Shown: piece by piece, positions 9,640-19,072 of the stretch | How positions within the stretch are numbered: position 1 is the first letter of the stretch | How the letters are laid out: every line of letters begins with the position of its first letter | Assembly: GCA_963662625.1 (NCBI GenBank) | Contig: OY759726.1 | Location: 416,001 to 480,000 of the forward strand | Source of the DNA: Nitrosopumilus sp. | Lineage (GTDB): Archaea; Thermoproteota; Nitrososphaeria; Nitrososphaerales; Nitrosopumilaceae | Length of the DNA: 64,000 nucleotides | Direction of reading: 5' to 3' | Made by a program: the position numbers and the translations under genes | The notes under the pieces: model-generated | The model's input: the letters and a program-made list of their open reading frames with translations, nothing else | What the model was told of the DNA's origin: nothing | Databases searched by the model: none

Positions 9640-10425
9640 TCAGAACGGCTTGTTGACCTCGCGGGTGAAGACGTAGCCCGCCAGCACCACCATCGCCGCC
9701 ACGAACGCGGCGATTATCCCGACGCTGAGCAGCGCCGGGACGTCGGCCTCGGAGACCCCTGTCATCATCTCCCGCACGAGCAGGACGGTGTAGGTCACCG
9801 GGTTCAGCCTGGCCGCCGCCGCCAGCCAGTCCGGCATCAGCTCCAGCGGGAACAGGGCCGGGCTCAGCATGAACAGCGGCATCCCGAGGAAGTTTATCAC
9901 CCCCCAGAACGTCTCCTGCGACTTCGCGGTGGCCGCGACAACCACGGAGATCCCGGAGAAGCCCAGCGAGAACAGTATGACTATGGCCATGATCGGCGCG
10001 ATCATGAGGGGGTTGGGGAAGCTCACCCCTATGGCCAGGGCGATCCCCAGTATGAGGCTGGCCTGGAGCGCCGCGATCAGTGATATGGCAGACATCTTCC
10101 CGAGCGCGATCGCCGAGCGCGACACGGGCGAGGTCAGCGCCTTGTTCATGAACCCGTAGCGGCGGTCCCAGAGCGTGTTGACGCCGCCGAAGATGCTCGT
10201 GAATATCGCGGTGAGGATTATCACCCCGGGCGCCATGAACTCTATGTACTGGCCGTCGAACCCCACGGACTGGATCAGGGGCTCGGTCCCGGCAAACGTG
10301 TTCCCTATGACGACGATCCATATGGCCGGCTGTATGAGCCTGATCAGGACGCCGCTGCGGGACTTTTTGTACCTCTTCAGCTCGCGCCAGAACACCGTGT
10401 ACGCGTCGTACGCCAGGGCGCTCAT
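9640..10425 (-). CDS. ABC-2 type transporter permease
   Basis: Hydrophobic; EFMAPG, DRRYGFM, LNPVTY. Confidence 0.9.
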   Translation of the reverse strand: MSALAYDAYTVFWRELKRYKKSRSGVLIRLIQPAIWIVVIGNTFAGTEPLIQSVGFDGQYIEFMAPGVIILTAIFTSIFGGVNTLWDRRYGFMNKALTSPVSRSAIALGKMSAISLIAALQASLILGIALAIGVSFPNPLMIAPIMAIVILFSLGFSGISVVVAATAKSQETFWGVINFLGMPLFMLSPALFPLELMPDWLAAAARLNPVTYTVLLVREMMTGVSEADVPALLSVGIIAAFVAAMVVLAGYVFTREVNKPF

Positions 10426-11420
10426 AGCCGCAGCCTCCTCATCCTTGCGCGCCCGGATCCACGGTCGTAGCCGGCCCCGCCGTCGCGGATCTGGCGTCCC
10501 GTGTACGAGATGAAGACGTCGTCCAGCGTCGGCTGCGTCATCGAGATGGACCTTATCTTGACTCCCATGCGCGAGGAGATCCGGAAGATCTCCGGTATGA
10601 CCTCGGCGCCGTGGGACGCAAACAGGGTCATCCGGCCCGCGTCGTCCGTGGCCTTTGAGATTTGCGGGAGCCGCCCCAGCTCGGACAGGAACTCCCCGCC
10701 GGAGCCGTCCCCCTCGTAGCTCAGGGAGATCACCCCGCCCCCCAGGTCTCTCTTCATTCCATGTGGCGAGCCCATGGCCTGGATCGTCCCGTCGTCGATT
10801 ATCCCGACCCGGTCGCACAGGCGGTCGGCCTCCTCCATGTAGTGGGTGGTGAGGAATATGGACATGTCAAACTCCCCGTGGATACTCCGGATGTACTCCC
10901 AGATCTTCCTCCTGGTCTGGATGTCCAGGCCGACTGTAGGCTCGTCCAGGAACAGGACCTTGGGCCTGTGGAGCAGCCCGCCCGCTATGTCGAGGCGCTT
11001 GCGCATCCCCCCGGAGTACGTCAGCACCGGATCGTTTTGCTTCCCCTCCAGCTCGATCAGCCCCAGCACCTCGTCGATCCGCCCGTCGATCAGGCCGCGC
11101 GGGATGTGGTTCAGCCTGGCCTGCAGGACCAGGTTTTCCCGGCCGGTGAGGTACTCGTCCACGGCGGTGTCCTGCTGGACGTACCCTATGTTCTGCCGCA
11201 CCCGGTCGGGCCTCGCGAGCACGTCGTGGCCGGCTATCAGGGCCATGCCCGACGTGGGCTTGAGCAGCGTGGTGAGCATCATCATCGTGGTGCTCTTGCC
11301 GGCGCCGTTGGGCCCCAGGAAGCCGAAGATCTCGCCGGATTCCACCTCGAATGACACGCCGTCGACTGCCTTCGTCTCCCCGAAGTGCTTTGAGAGCGAC
11401 CTTACCTCTATGGAATGCAA
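10422..11420 (-). CDS. ABC transporter ATP-binding protein (DrrA-like)
   Basis: GPNGAGKST, YSGGMRKR, LFLDEPT; start trimmed to TTG downstream of TATA-like TTTATA. Confidence 0.92.
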   Translation of the reverse strand: MHSIEVRSLSKHFGETKAVDGVSFEVESGEIFGFLGPNGAGKSTTMMMLTTLLKPTSGMALIAGHDVLARPDRVRQNIGYVQQDTAVDEYLTGRENLVLQARLNHIPRGLIDGRIDEVLGLIELEGKQNDPVLTYSGGMRKRLDIAGGLLHRPKVLFLDEPTVGLDIQTRRKIWEYIRSIHGEFDMSIFLTTHYMEEADRLCDRVGIIDDGTIQAMGSPHGMKRDLGGGVISLSYEGDGSGGEFLSELGRLPQISKATDDAGRMTLFASHGAEVIPEIFRISSRMGVKIRSISMTQPTLDDVFISYTGRQIRDGGAGYDRGSGRARMRRLRL

Positions 11421-11539
11421 CAGCTTGATCGCTTCTGGCAATTATAAATTGCTAAGTTTTTCGGGCCGGGCCGGGGGCGCCGGGCGATCCGGGCCCGCGT
11501 GGAAAAACCAATTTAAGGAACGCCGCCGGGCGTGTATGC

Positions 11540-11635
11540 ATGAGGGGGCTTTGCCAGAAGTGCTTTTCTACCAACATGGAGACCTTCATACAGGACGGCA
11601 TCCCAGTCTGCGCCGCGTGCAGGAAGGCAGGGTAG
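11540..11635 (+). CDS. 31-aa zinc-ribbon microprotein
   Basis: MRGLCQKCFSTNMETFIQDGIPVCAACRKAG, two CxxC; TTTAAG with upstream A-run ~25 nt before ATG. Confidence 0.65.
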   Translation: MRGLCQKCFSTNMETFIQDGIPVCAACRKAG

Positions 11636-11646
11636 CTCCGGGGGCG

Positions 11647-12099
11647 TTACTCGGACGCCTTGAACTCGTCCCGGGTCATCTTCAGGATGACCTGCTCGCC
11701 GACCCCCCAGATCTCCGACTTTGGGAGCATCCTGGAGTGCATCATGCCGGTGCCCACCTCTATGGACTCGATCTCGTTAGTGGCGTGGTCCCTGTGGATC
11801 CGCTTTAGCGTGCCCAGCTTGTGCTGGTCGATGTCGACCACCGGGATCCCGGTCCTGATGGGGGGCCTGCTGAGCAGCAGGGTCTCGCCGGTAAACTTGT
11901 CGACATAGTCCGTGGGCAGGAAGTAGTCCTTGTGGAACCCCTGGTGCACCGTGACGCCGGAGACCGTGAGCGCGTCCCGGTCGATGTGGACGTGCTTTAC
12001 CCTGCCGTACTCGATCCCCTCCCTGTCTATGACCTTGTTTCCCACAAAATCATCGGCCGCCGTCACGTTTCCGGGCATGCCTTCCAGGCTGGATGACAT
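11647..12099 (-). CDS. Tandem PRC-barrel domain protein
   Basis: Two copies of G..V.D..G...G.V..I pattern (GNKVIDREGIEYGRV; GIPVVDIDQHKLGTL). Confidence 0.75.
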   Translation of the reverse strand: MSSSLEGMPGNVTAADDFVGNKVIDREGIEYGRVKHVHIDRDALTVSGVTVHQGFHKDYFLPTDYVDKFTGETLLLSRPPIRTGIPVVDIDQHKLGTLKRIHRDHATNEIESIEVGTGMMHSRMLPKSEIWGVGEQVILKMTRDEFKASE

Positions 12100-12186
12100 G
12101 TACGATGCTGGAGGGATTCGCTTATCATACCGGGTATCATAATTTGCCACCAATGGGGTTAAATTACTTGACGCGGGACAACGTGC

Positions 12187-12510
12187 ATGGGGGGCGCCGC
12201 GGTGACGTTCAGGGCCACGCTGGGCACGACCGGGAGGAGGACCTCGAGGGCGCACTCCGTTACGCTGCGGGCCGTGAGGTACGGCGGGGAGATATACTTT
12301 TCAAGGCACAGGCCGGACTCCGACTGGTTCAAGAACGCGCTGGCAGACCCCGAGGTCACCGTCCGGTACGGCGGCAGGACGTACGCCGGGAGGGCCGAGG
12401 CGGTGGAGGACGAGGGGCTGAACCGCGAGATATCCCGGCTAAAGTACCCCGGGGAGGCCAGGGCCTCCGAGAGGAGGGTCTCGATAAGGGTCACACTATA
12501 TGGACGATAG
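12187..12510 (+). CDS. Deazaflavin(F420)-dependent nitroreductase-like split-barrel protein
   Basis: TTGRRTS, SDWFKNALADPEV motifs. Confidence 0.7.
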   Translation: MGGAAVTFRATLGTTGRRTSRAHSVTLRAVRYGGEIYFSRHRPDSDWFKNALADPEVTVRYGGRTYAGRAEAVEDEGLNREISRLKYPGEARASERRVSIRVTLYGR

Positions 12511-13135
12511 TGCTCAGCCCCCTCCTCTCGACCTCGGTGCCGCCATCGACCTCGCATACGGTGACCGTGAACGAGATGACGTCGCGCTGCCGCGCCTCCT
12601 CGGCGTGCAGCAGGAGGCGGATGTCCATAAAGTCGAACTCCCCGGCGGGCAGGTCGGCCTCGTCCAGGCGCGCGTTGCAGGTGGACTCGATCCTGAACCT
12701 GTTGTCCTTGAAGTGGAAGCCCAGCCGCATCTTCCTCCCCTCCCTTCCGCTGGCCTTGACGTTTACATCGATGGCCCCGGGGCCGGCCTCCGTGTAGCCG
12801 GACTTGCCGTTTACGAACACCCCGACCTCCAGCGGCTTCCCGGCTGTCGACTCTGCCATCTTCTGTATGCCGTCGTTCATCACCACGTCGACTGCCTTGA
12901 TCGTCTGGGCCACCTTGGCGATCCAGTCGTTGGTCCGCCGGATTATGGCCCTTACCCCGGAGCGCCTCCTCCTGTCCTCGTCCTCCGGGAGCTTGTAATA
13001 GTCCACCCACGCCTCGTAGTCGCGGGAGATGTCCCTGATGAAGTCCATGCATGTCCTCTTGTACTCGTTGACGTCGTCGGTCCTCTCCGCGGCGTCGTCG
13101 GTCCGCATGCCGTCGTAGTCCATGGGCATCGCCAT
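12491..13135 (-). CDS. Hypothetical protein
   Basis: 214-aa ORF with normal composition. Confidence 0.65.
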   Translation of the reverse strand: MAMPMDYDGMRTDDAAERTDDVNEYKRTCMDFIRDISRDYEAWVDYYKLPEDEDRRRRSGVRAIIRRTNDWIAKVAQTIKAVDVVMNDGIQKMAESTAGKPLEVGVFVNGKSGYTEAGPGAIDVNVKASGREGRKMRLGFHFKDNRFRIESTCNARLDEADLPAGEFDFMDIRLLLHAEEARQRDVISFTVTVCEVDGGTEVERRGLSTIVHIV

Positions 13136-13218
13136 GGGGTGGCTCCGACGCCACGACTAAAAAACCAATCCTGCCGGCGGGGCCAATGGTTATAACCTGA
13201 GCCGTGGCCTGCAATGTC

Positions 13219-13695
13219 ATGATGTTCTCGGAGATGACCCGGGACCTCCAGGATCGGCTGAGGAGCGACCTGGCTCAGATACGCTTCCTGCTGAAGAAGA
13301 ACCCGGCCATGGGCTACTCCAGGATAGTGGAGATCGGCAGGGAGGTGGGCAGGAGGTACGGCGTCAAGCTGGTGGTCAACTTCCCGAAGGAGGGCAGGAT
13401 AGAGGAGTTCGACATGTACGGCAGGAGGGACCTGAGCCTGATCGTGGACTATGACAGGAAGCGGTTCCCGATAGACAGGGGCCTGATCAAGGCCAAGGCC
13501 GTGGAACTGCTCGGGGACGTGCAGGTGTCGGACGCCTACATGTACGAGAACAAGGAGGGGGTGAGGGTGTCTGCGGACGACTGGAAGATAGACATACTGC
13601 CTCACTCCGTCCACGTGTGGACGGAGTTCACCGACGGGGTCACGGAGTTCTGCGACTGGCTGCTGGAAAACGCGTACGGGATGAAGGGCGGGTAG
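13219..13695 (+). CDS. Hypothetical protein (thaumarchaeal conserved type)
   Basis: Normal composition; TTATAA ~25 nt upstream. Confidence 0.7.
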   Translation: MMFSEMTRDLQDRLRSDLAQIRFLLKKNPAMGYSRIVEIGREVGRRYGVKLVVNFPKEGRIEEFDMYGRRDLSLIVDYDRKRFPIDRGLIKAKAVELLGDVQVSDAYMYENKEGVRVSADDWKIDILPHSVHVWTEFTDGVTEFCDWLLENAYGMKGG

Positions 13696-13697
13696 GC

Positions 13698-14057
13698 TCA
13701 GGCGTCCTCCAGCCGCTCAAGCAGCCCGTGCGCCTCGTAGTTCTCGGGCTCCAGGTCCAGTATCTTCCTGCAGCAGTCGATCGCCTCGTCCCTCTGCTGC
13801 AGGGCCAGGTGCGCGTTTGTCTTCAGCTTCAGCGCCTCCGCGTCGCCGGGCTCCAGGCGCAGCGACTTTTCAAAGTACGGCAGCGCCTTTTCCGGCTCCT
13901 CCACTATGAAGTAGATGCTGCCCATGATGAACATGAAGTTCGAGTCGTCCGCGTGGTCCTGCTCGATCCTGTGGCCCAGCTCCAGGGCCTCGGCGTACTC
14001 GCCGTCCCTGACCAGCTTTTTCAGGCGGCGCTTTGGATAACTAAAGAGCCCCGTCAT
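13698..14057 (-). CDS. Tetratricopeptide repeat protein
   Basis: ALPYFEKSLRLEP and AIDCCRKILDLEP TPR signatures. Confidence 0.8.
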   Translation of the reverse strand: MTGLFSYPKRRLKKLVRDGEYAEALELGHRIEQDHADDSNFMFIMGSIYFIVEEPEKALPYFEKSLRLEPGDAEALKLKTNAHLALQQRDEAIDCCRKILDLEPENYEAHGLLERLEDA

Positions 14058-14084
14058 CGTCGATCAAAGCGTCATTGCGGGGGC

Positions 14085-15578
14085 TCATCCGAGCCATAAC
14101 GGCGGCGCCCCCGTGGTGCCGGAGTCGTTCTGGCCCGGGATCTTCACGATCCCCTCCTGGATCAGGTACTGGATCCCCTGCACGAACGACGCGTCGTCTA
14201 TCTGGCCCTCCGCCCACCAGCCCGCGTTGGTCTTCACCCACGACGGGATCTGGTTGTTTCCGGCGCCCGTGCTCGGCGCGGTCGGCGGAATGTTCATGAT
14301 CCCCTCCCGGATCAGGTACTGGAGCCCCTGCACGAACGACGCGTCGTCTATCTGGCCCGTAGCCCACCAGCCCGCGTTGTTCTTCACCCACGACGGTATG
14401 CCCTGGCCGCCTGCGGCGGCCGGCGCGGACACCGGGATGTCTATCTGGACGTAGTCGGTCGGATCCGACGGCACTACCCCCTCAGGGGCCAGCCCGTAAA
14501 TCAGAACCACGTAGTGCGCCATCCCGGGTTCCTCGTTTACCACCATGTCCACGATGGCCTGGCCCGACGGGGAGTACAGGTGGTGGCGGCCCTCGTCGTC
14601 GGCGAGCGAGCGTATGGGGTTCAGGTCGTCGTCCACCACCAGCAGGTCGTACTGCACCTGGTTCAGGAACTCGGTGTCGTCGAACTTGCTGATGAACTTG
14701 ATCAGCCACTGCATCTCGCAGCCCTGGACCGGGTACTCCGGGCCGTAGAATACGTGGACCTGGTACTGGAAGTTCTTCGACGGCTTCTTTACGCTGACCT
14801 TCTCAAAGCTCTGCTGGCAGCCCTTTGCAAGCTGCTCGTCGATCGACGGGACGATGTCCACGAAGGGGCTCGTTTTCACGTTTTCCCTGTAGTCCACCAG
14901 CTCAAACCTGTATTCGGGCGGAGGGGTCCCCTCCGAGACGTGCGTGTACGTGTAGGCCTTTATCGGGAATGGGAAGTAGTCAGCCACCCAGACTTGGCTG
15001 GTATAGCCTCCTGTCCTCCAAGAGATTACCACGGTGTCCCACGTCCCGGCCTGGACCGTCACGGTCTCTACGGAAGTCGGGCGAATCTGCTCGCCGCCTA
15101 TGTTTGCGATCTTGCCCCATGATACGTCGCGGAATGCCTTCGGTCCCTTCTTGCTGCCGTCCTCCAGCGCTGTCGCGAAGGCGGACAGCCATACGATCGA
15201 TGACTTGAACGCATTCCTGTAGGTGCCCAGGTTGTCGCTGCCGCCGGTAGGCTCCGGCGCGATCTTGCCCAGCTCCATGTCGCCGACGATCGTCTTGTTC
15301 CCGTCGCGCACGACGACCTCTACGAGCCACTTCTCCTCAGTTCCGACAGTAATCACGCCCTGGATCCAGAAGCTCATGTCGAAGGCGACGCACTCCTTAT
15401 AGTCCACGTGGCACATCCTGTAGGAAAAATAATCGCCCTGCTTGAGCCCCTCGCCCGCGTACCATTCGCCGTCCTTGTCAACGCCGCCTGACTGGTACTG
15501 CGCAAATGCTGCGGGCACCGAGATGGTGACCGCAAGCAGGATCACTGCCAGTGGGATCGCGGCATGCGGGGCATTCAA
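14085..15578 (-). CDS. Secreted protein with two C-terminal WVKxNAGWWA domains
   Basis: N-terminal signal peptide (..VPAAFAQ); two IPSWVKxNAGWWAxGQIDDASFVQG.QYLI.EGI copies. Confidence 0.8.
   Translation of the reverse strand: MNAPHAAIPLAVILLAVTISVPAAFAQYQSGGVDKDGEWYAGEGLKQGDYFSYRMCHVDYKECVAFDMSFWIQGVITVGTEEKWLVEVVVRDGNKTIVGDMELGKIAPEPTGGSDNLGTYRNAFKSSIVWLSAFATALEDGSKKGPKAFRDVSWGKIANIGGEQIRPTSVETVTVQAGTWDTVVISWRTGGYTSQVWVADYFPFPIKAYTYTHVSEGTPPPEYRFELVDYRENVKTSPFVDIVPSIDEQLAKGCQQSFEKVSVKKPSKNFQYQVHVFYGPEYPVQGCEMQWLIKFISKFDDTEFLNQVQYDLLVVDDDLNPIRSLADDEGRHHLYSPSGQAIVDMVVNEEPGMAHYVVLIYGLAPEGVVPSDPTDYVQIDIPVSAPAAAGGQGIPSWVKNNAGWWATGQIDDASFVQGLQYLIREGIMNIPPTAPSTGAGNNQIPSWVKTNAGWWAEGQIDDASFVQGIQYLIQEGIVKIPGQNDSGTTGAPPLWLG
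14143..14397. repeat. Two near-identical ~105-bp copies (150-bp period) encoding the WVKxNAGWWA domain
   Basis: gatcaggtactgga..ccctgcacgaacgacgcgtcgtctatctggccc... occurs twice. Confidence 0.85.
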
Positions 15579-15766
15579 ATCAAAAAAAATGAACGGTACG
15601 GATAGTTAAACGTTGTTCAGGCGCGGCCTCCCCGGCCAGCCCCCGCCCCCCACGCGCCCGGGCCGCGCTCCCGGGGGTACCGCGGCGGGCCCCCGGCACG
15701 GGGGCCGCGCGGCGGGGGAGACTATTGCGTAGGCAAATATAGAGGAAAAACCACCCGGATCTCAGT

Positions 15767-15937
15767 ATGTGCGAGTGCACCAAGGTCCACCTGTACGAAG
15801 TGGAGTTCAAGCTGGACGGCATGATAGTTGTCCCCACCCACAAGAACTGCGGGTTTGCCTTGGACGAGAAGCAGTCCGAAAAGTTTACCAAGGAACTGGT
15901 AAGGACGTGGGGAATCGAGGAAGAGGACGAGGAGTAG
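15767..15937 (+). CDS. 56-aa small protein, possible metal binder
   Basis: MCECTKVHLYEVEFKLDGMIVVPTHKNCGFALDEKQSEKFTKELVRTWGIEEEDEE; CxC...HxxC; AAATATA upstream. Confidence 0.7.
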   Translation: MCECTKVHLYEVEFKLDGMIVVPTHKNCGFALDEKQSEKFTKELVRTWGIEEEDEE

Positions 15938-16139
15938 GCAGCCGCGCGCCCTTCCGGCCGCCCGGAACCCGTCCCGTCGCGCGTCATGGAACCGGCGCAA
16001 CGTCCCCCGTACGGCCACGCGCGACCTGAAAAAACGTCCCGTCGCGCGACCCGGCCTTCAGGCACAAAAAGCGGCACCGCGAAGGCAGGCTCGGGCACGG
16101 TCATGCAACAGGCTACAAAAAAAGAAAGAGAGTTATGTG

Positions 16140-16274
16140 TTAATGTTCGGTGTTCTTGCAAACATCCAACCTGCAATCACATGTAGCGTCACAATAACAC
16201 TCACCTTGCATCGTGCAGTCACATTCAGTGTTATTTTCTGCCTGTGCCGCACAACCGCATGCTGCGTCTGACAT
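16140..16274 (-). CDS. Metallothionein-like Cys-rich peptide (44 aa, 9 Cys)
   Basis: MSDAACGCAAQAENNTECDCTMQGECYCDATCDCRLDVCKNTEH; four CxC; TTTTAAAA box ~25 nt upstream, T-tract downstream. Confidence 0.75.
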   Translation of the reverse strand: MSDAACGCAAQAENNTECDCTMQGECYCDATCDCRLDVCKNTEH

Positions 16275-16425
16275 AGTATAATATTATCACTACTTGTTTT
16301 AAAAGTTTGGTACAAAAACGCGCGTTCCCCCGGGCCCCGGGTTTGGGCCCGATCTTGGCCGCCCGGGGCCCGCGGGCCGGCCATCCGGGGGCCCTGCCGG
16401 CACCTCCCCCGGGCCCCCGCGGCGA

Positions 16426-17310
16426 TCACCCGCGCGGCGCCAGGCCTAGGATCTCGTGGCACGCGTCCCGCGTGCGCCGGGCGTGCTGGGAGACCAGCAC
16501 CGGGTCCGCCTCCAGGTCAAAGGCCGTCTTCAGGACGTGGATCAGATCGGGCCGCCGCGGGAGGGAGGCCTTCATCCTGAGGAAGTTGTCCCGGTTCACG
16601 CACCCCAGGTAGAAGTAGCAGTCGGAGAACATGGAGTTTTCCACAAAATAACCGTGCTTGCGCCCGATGGCCCCCGGGTGGCCGTTGCCCTCTGCCATGT
16701 CAGAAAAGCCGATGGTGGACTTGAGCATCCTCTCCAGCAGCGGGGGGGAGGCCCTCTCTATCCCCAGCGTCTGGGCAACCACGGACATCTTCCCGTTGAT
16801 GGCGTTTTTTTCAAACCTGCGCGCGATCTCCAGCGCGTGGGAGGGGCTCGGGGGCCTCTGGTTGAGCGCGAGTATCGCGTCTGCCAGCATGTGGGAGGCG
16901 CATTTTTGCCAGCACGCGGAGAACGCCCCGGATTCCCGCGGCCCGCGCAGGCATTTTTCGCAGCAGAGCAGGGATCCCACGAGGCAGTTCCTGGCATAGT
17001 CCCGGAACAGCGCGGAGCGCCTCTGCCTGAGCCCTGACAGGAGCATCCCCAGGTCCCACGAGCCGTCCAGTACGATCCGCATGCCGTCCAGGTGCACCAG
17101 CGAGTCGGTGCGGGTCGCGTCTATGGGGCAGTGGTGCAGGTTGACGAACTGGCCCTCGTGGGGGAGGAACCGGTTGCCCTGCCGCCCGCCGTCGAACACG
17201 ACCACGTCGTGATCGCACGAGTCGAACTGGTCCCCGTGCGCCCTGCACCCGCCTAGGCCGGCGGGGTGGCCTTGCAGGCCGCGGTCGGCCAGGAATTTTT
17301 CCAGGTCCAT
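16426..17310 (-). CDS. Conserved hypothetical protein, possible nucleotidyltransferase-like N-terminus
   Basis: GGCRAHG...CDHDVVVF resembles hG[GS]...DxD. Confidence 0.65.
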   Translation of the reverse strand: MDLEKFLADRGLQGHPAGLGGCRAHGDQFDSCDHDVVVFDGGRQGNRFLPHEGQFVNLHHCPIDATRTDSLVHLDGMRIVLDGSWDLGMLLSGLRQRRSALFRDYARNCLVGSLLCCEKCLRGPRESGAFSACWQKCASHMLADAILALNQRPPSPSHALEIARRFEKNAINGKMSVVAQTLGIERASPPLLERMLKSTIGFSDMAEGNGHPGAIGRKHGYFVENSMFSDCYFYLGCVNRDNFLRMKASLPRRPDLIHVLKTAFDLEADPVLVSQHARRTRDACHEILGLAPRG

Positions 17311-17407
17311 ACGGGATCCTCAGGCCGGTTTTTTGTATAAACCGTCCAACCGACAATTGTTTACAAGGCAGTTCCTTTAAATTGAGACCGGGGCTGTTTT
17401 TCATCAA

Positions 17408-17483
17408 GCTCCTGTGGTGTAGTCCGGCTAAGCATACTGCCCTCTCAAGGCAGTGATCTCGGGTTCAAATCCCGACGGGAGCA
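17408..17483 (+). tRNA. tRNA-Glu(CTC)
   Basis: GCTCCTG/CGGGAGC acceptor, CTGCC-CTCTCAA-GGCAG anticodon arm, GGTTCAAATCC T-arm. Confidence 0.95.
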
Positions 17484-17765
17484 CTACCATCTGTTCGGCG
17501 GGCCCGCACCCCCGCCAGGCACCCGCAACGGGAAGCCCCCCGCCATCGCGTCCCCGGGCAGGAAGGCCGCACGGGCGATCGTGGAAGGCATGGCCGGGGA
17601 CTGCCGGGGCGGGACGCCCGTGCCGCCGGAATGGCGCGCCGCCGGATCCCGTGTCTGCGCCGTGGCCCGGCCCGCAGGGGGCGCGCGGGGCGCCCACGCC
17701 TTACGGGATCCTCCCCGGCGGGAGGGTGTCGTTTCCTTAAATACGAAGGCCACGACTGCAATCCA

Positions 17766-18416
17766 TTGGGCTTACGGGACATCGACCTCAAGGAGGAGTA
17801 CCGCTCAGACAGGGATGACATAATTGGGGAGTTCATCTTCCCGTGCCTTAGAAACTGCACCGAATACGACCGGTGCGTCGACTTCCTGTCGGTGGACTCG
17901 CTGGTAACGCTCGCGGAGGATTTTGACAGCTTTGCCCCGGGCAAGGCAAGGCTGCGGATGATTACGGGCCACAAGTTCAAGACCAGGGACCTCGCGACGC
18001 TGACGAGGCTCTTCGCGGAGAGGCAGGGGAAGATCTTCGATGGGGCCAAGAAGGACCTGAGGCTGCAAAAGCTGCAGGCGTTTGAAAAGGGCCAGATCAG
18101 GATAAAGATCGCGCTGCCCAACTCCGAGCAGGTGACGGGGACGTTCTCGGAGAGGATCGGGATCTTCCGGGACGGGGACGGCCAGGCAGTCGCGTTTACC
18201 GGCATAGCCAAGGAGTCGTTCCCGACGCGCGAGATGGACTTTGAGTCGGTGGACGTCTTTACGTCATGGAACGACGGATCCAGGGTGGAGGCCAAGCAGA
18301 GGGGCTTTGAGAACCTGTGGGCCAACAGGACGGAATACGTCGAGGTGTGCGACTTTACGGTGGCGGAGGGCAACAACCTGCTCAAGTTCTCGACCGACTG
18401 GGTCTTCAAGATCTAG
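17766..18416 (+). CDS. Stand-alone PLD-like domain (resembles N-terminus of PLD-SF2 helicase fusions), degenerate HKD
   Basis: YRSDRDDIIGEF.PCL..YDR..F; FSERIGIFRDGDG..AFTGIAKES; FENLW. Confidence 0.65.
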   Translation: MGLRDIDLKEEYRSDRDDIIGEFIFPCLRNCTEYDRCVDFLSVDSLVTLAEDFDSFAPGKARLRMITGHKFKTRDLATLTRLFAERQGKIFDGAKKDLRLQKLQAFEKGQIRIKIALPNSEQVTGTFSERIGIFRDGDGQAVAFTGIAKESFPTREMDFESVDVFTSWNDGSRVEAKQRGFENLWANRTEYVEVCDFTVAEGNNLLKFSTDWVFKI

Positions 18417-18979
18417 GTTGGGAAGGGCTCGCCCGCGCCCGCCTTGTTTTCGTAAAAGTTCATCCGGTTGATCTTGTAGTAGATCACCTCCCCCCGCCGC
18501 TCGATCACCGCGACGATGGGCTCCTTTCCCATCTGCGTGATCTGCTCGACGTTCTTCTGCATCGAGCCCATCTTCTCCTGCTGGCCCTCGCCGAGGCCAA
18601 ACACCAGGAACTTGGCCGCCTTCGACCCGAACTGCCCCCGCTCGTACACCCGGAAGTCGGAGCCGAAGCCGAAGCCGTCCTTCACCACGTAGCCCCGGTT
18701 TCTCAGGTCCCTGTAGATGAGGAACTTTGTCAGGATCGCCGGGTCGGTCTTTTGGCACATCCGCATGAACTCGTTGAAGCCCACCTGCCTGCTCCCCCTG
18801 TCCAGGGTCAGCTTCTCCAGGTACAGAAGGTAGAGCGACTCGAACGGCTTTAGGAGCAGCCCCTTCCCCTCCTGGTCCCCATACCCCTTGAGCCCGAGCT
18901 CGTGGATCATGTCCTTGTCGGAGACTAGCGCCTGCCCGGACTGCAGCACTCCCCTTACCGCCGGGGCCTCGTCCATCAT
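18413..18979 (-). CDS. endA: tRNA-intron endonuclease subunit
   Basis: ESLYL, YRDLRNRGYVVKDGFGFGSDFRVY; no obvious catalytic His, possibly the structural subunit. Confidence 0.85.
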   Translation of the reverse strand: MMDEAPAVRGVLQSGQALVSDKDMIHELGLKGYGDQEGKGLLLKPFESLYLLYLEKLTLDRGSRQVGFNEFMRMCQKTDPAILTKFLIYRDLRNRGYVVKDGFGFGSDFRVYERGQFGSKAAKFLVFGLGEGQQEKMGSMQKNVEQITQMGKEPIVAVIERRGEVIYYKINRMNFYENKAGAGEPFPT

Positions 18980-19072
18980 GACGGGGAGACCACGGGTTTC
19001 AATATATAAGCATTGGAACCGGGATCAGGATCTTCTAACCGTTAAAATATGGGCGACCGGGTCTGAGGTATC

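Noticed and set aside
17490-17740. Possible integrated element after tRNA-Glu
   Set aside because: No integrase and no duplicated tRNA 3' end found; core-type genes resume at once.
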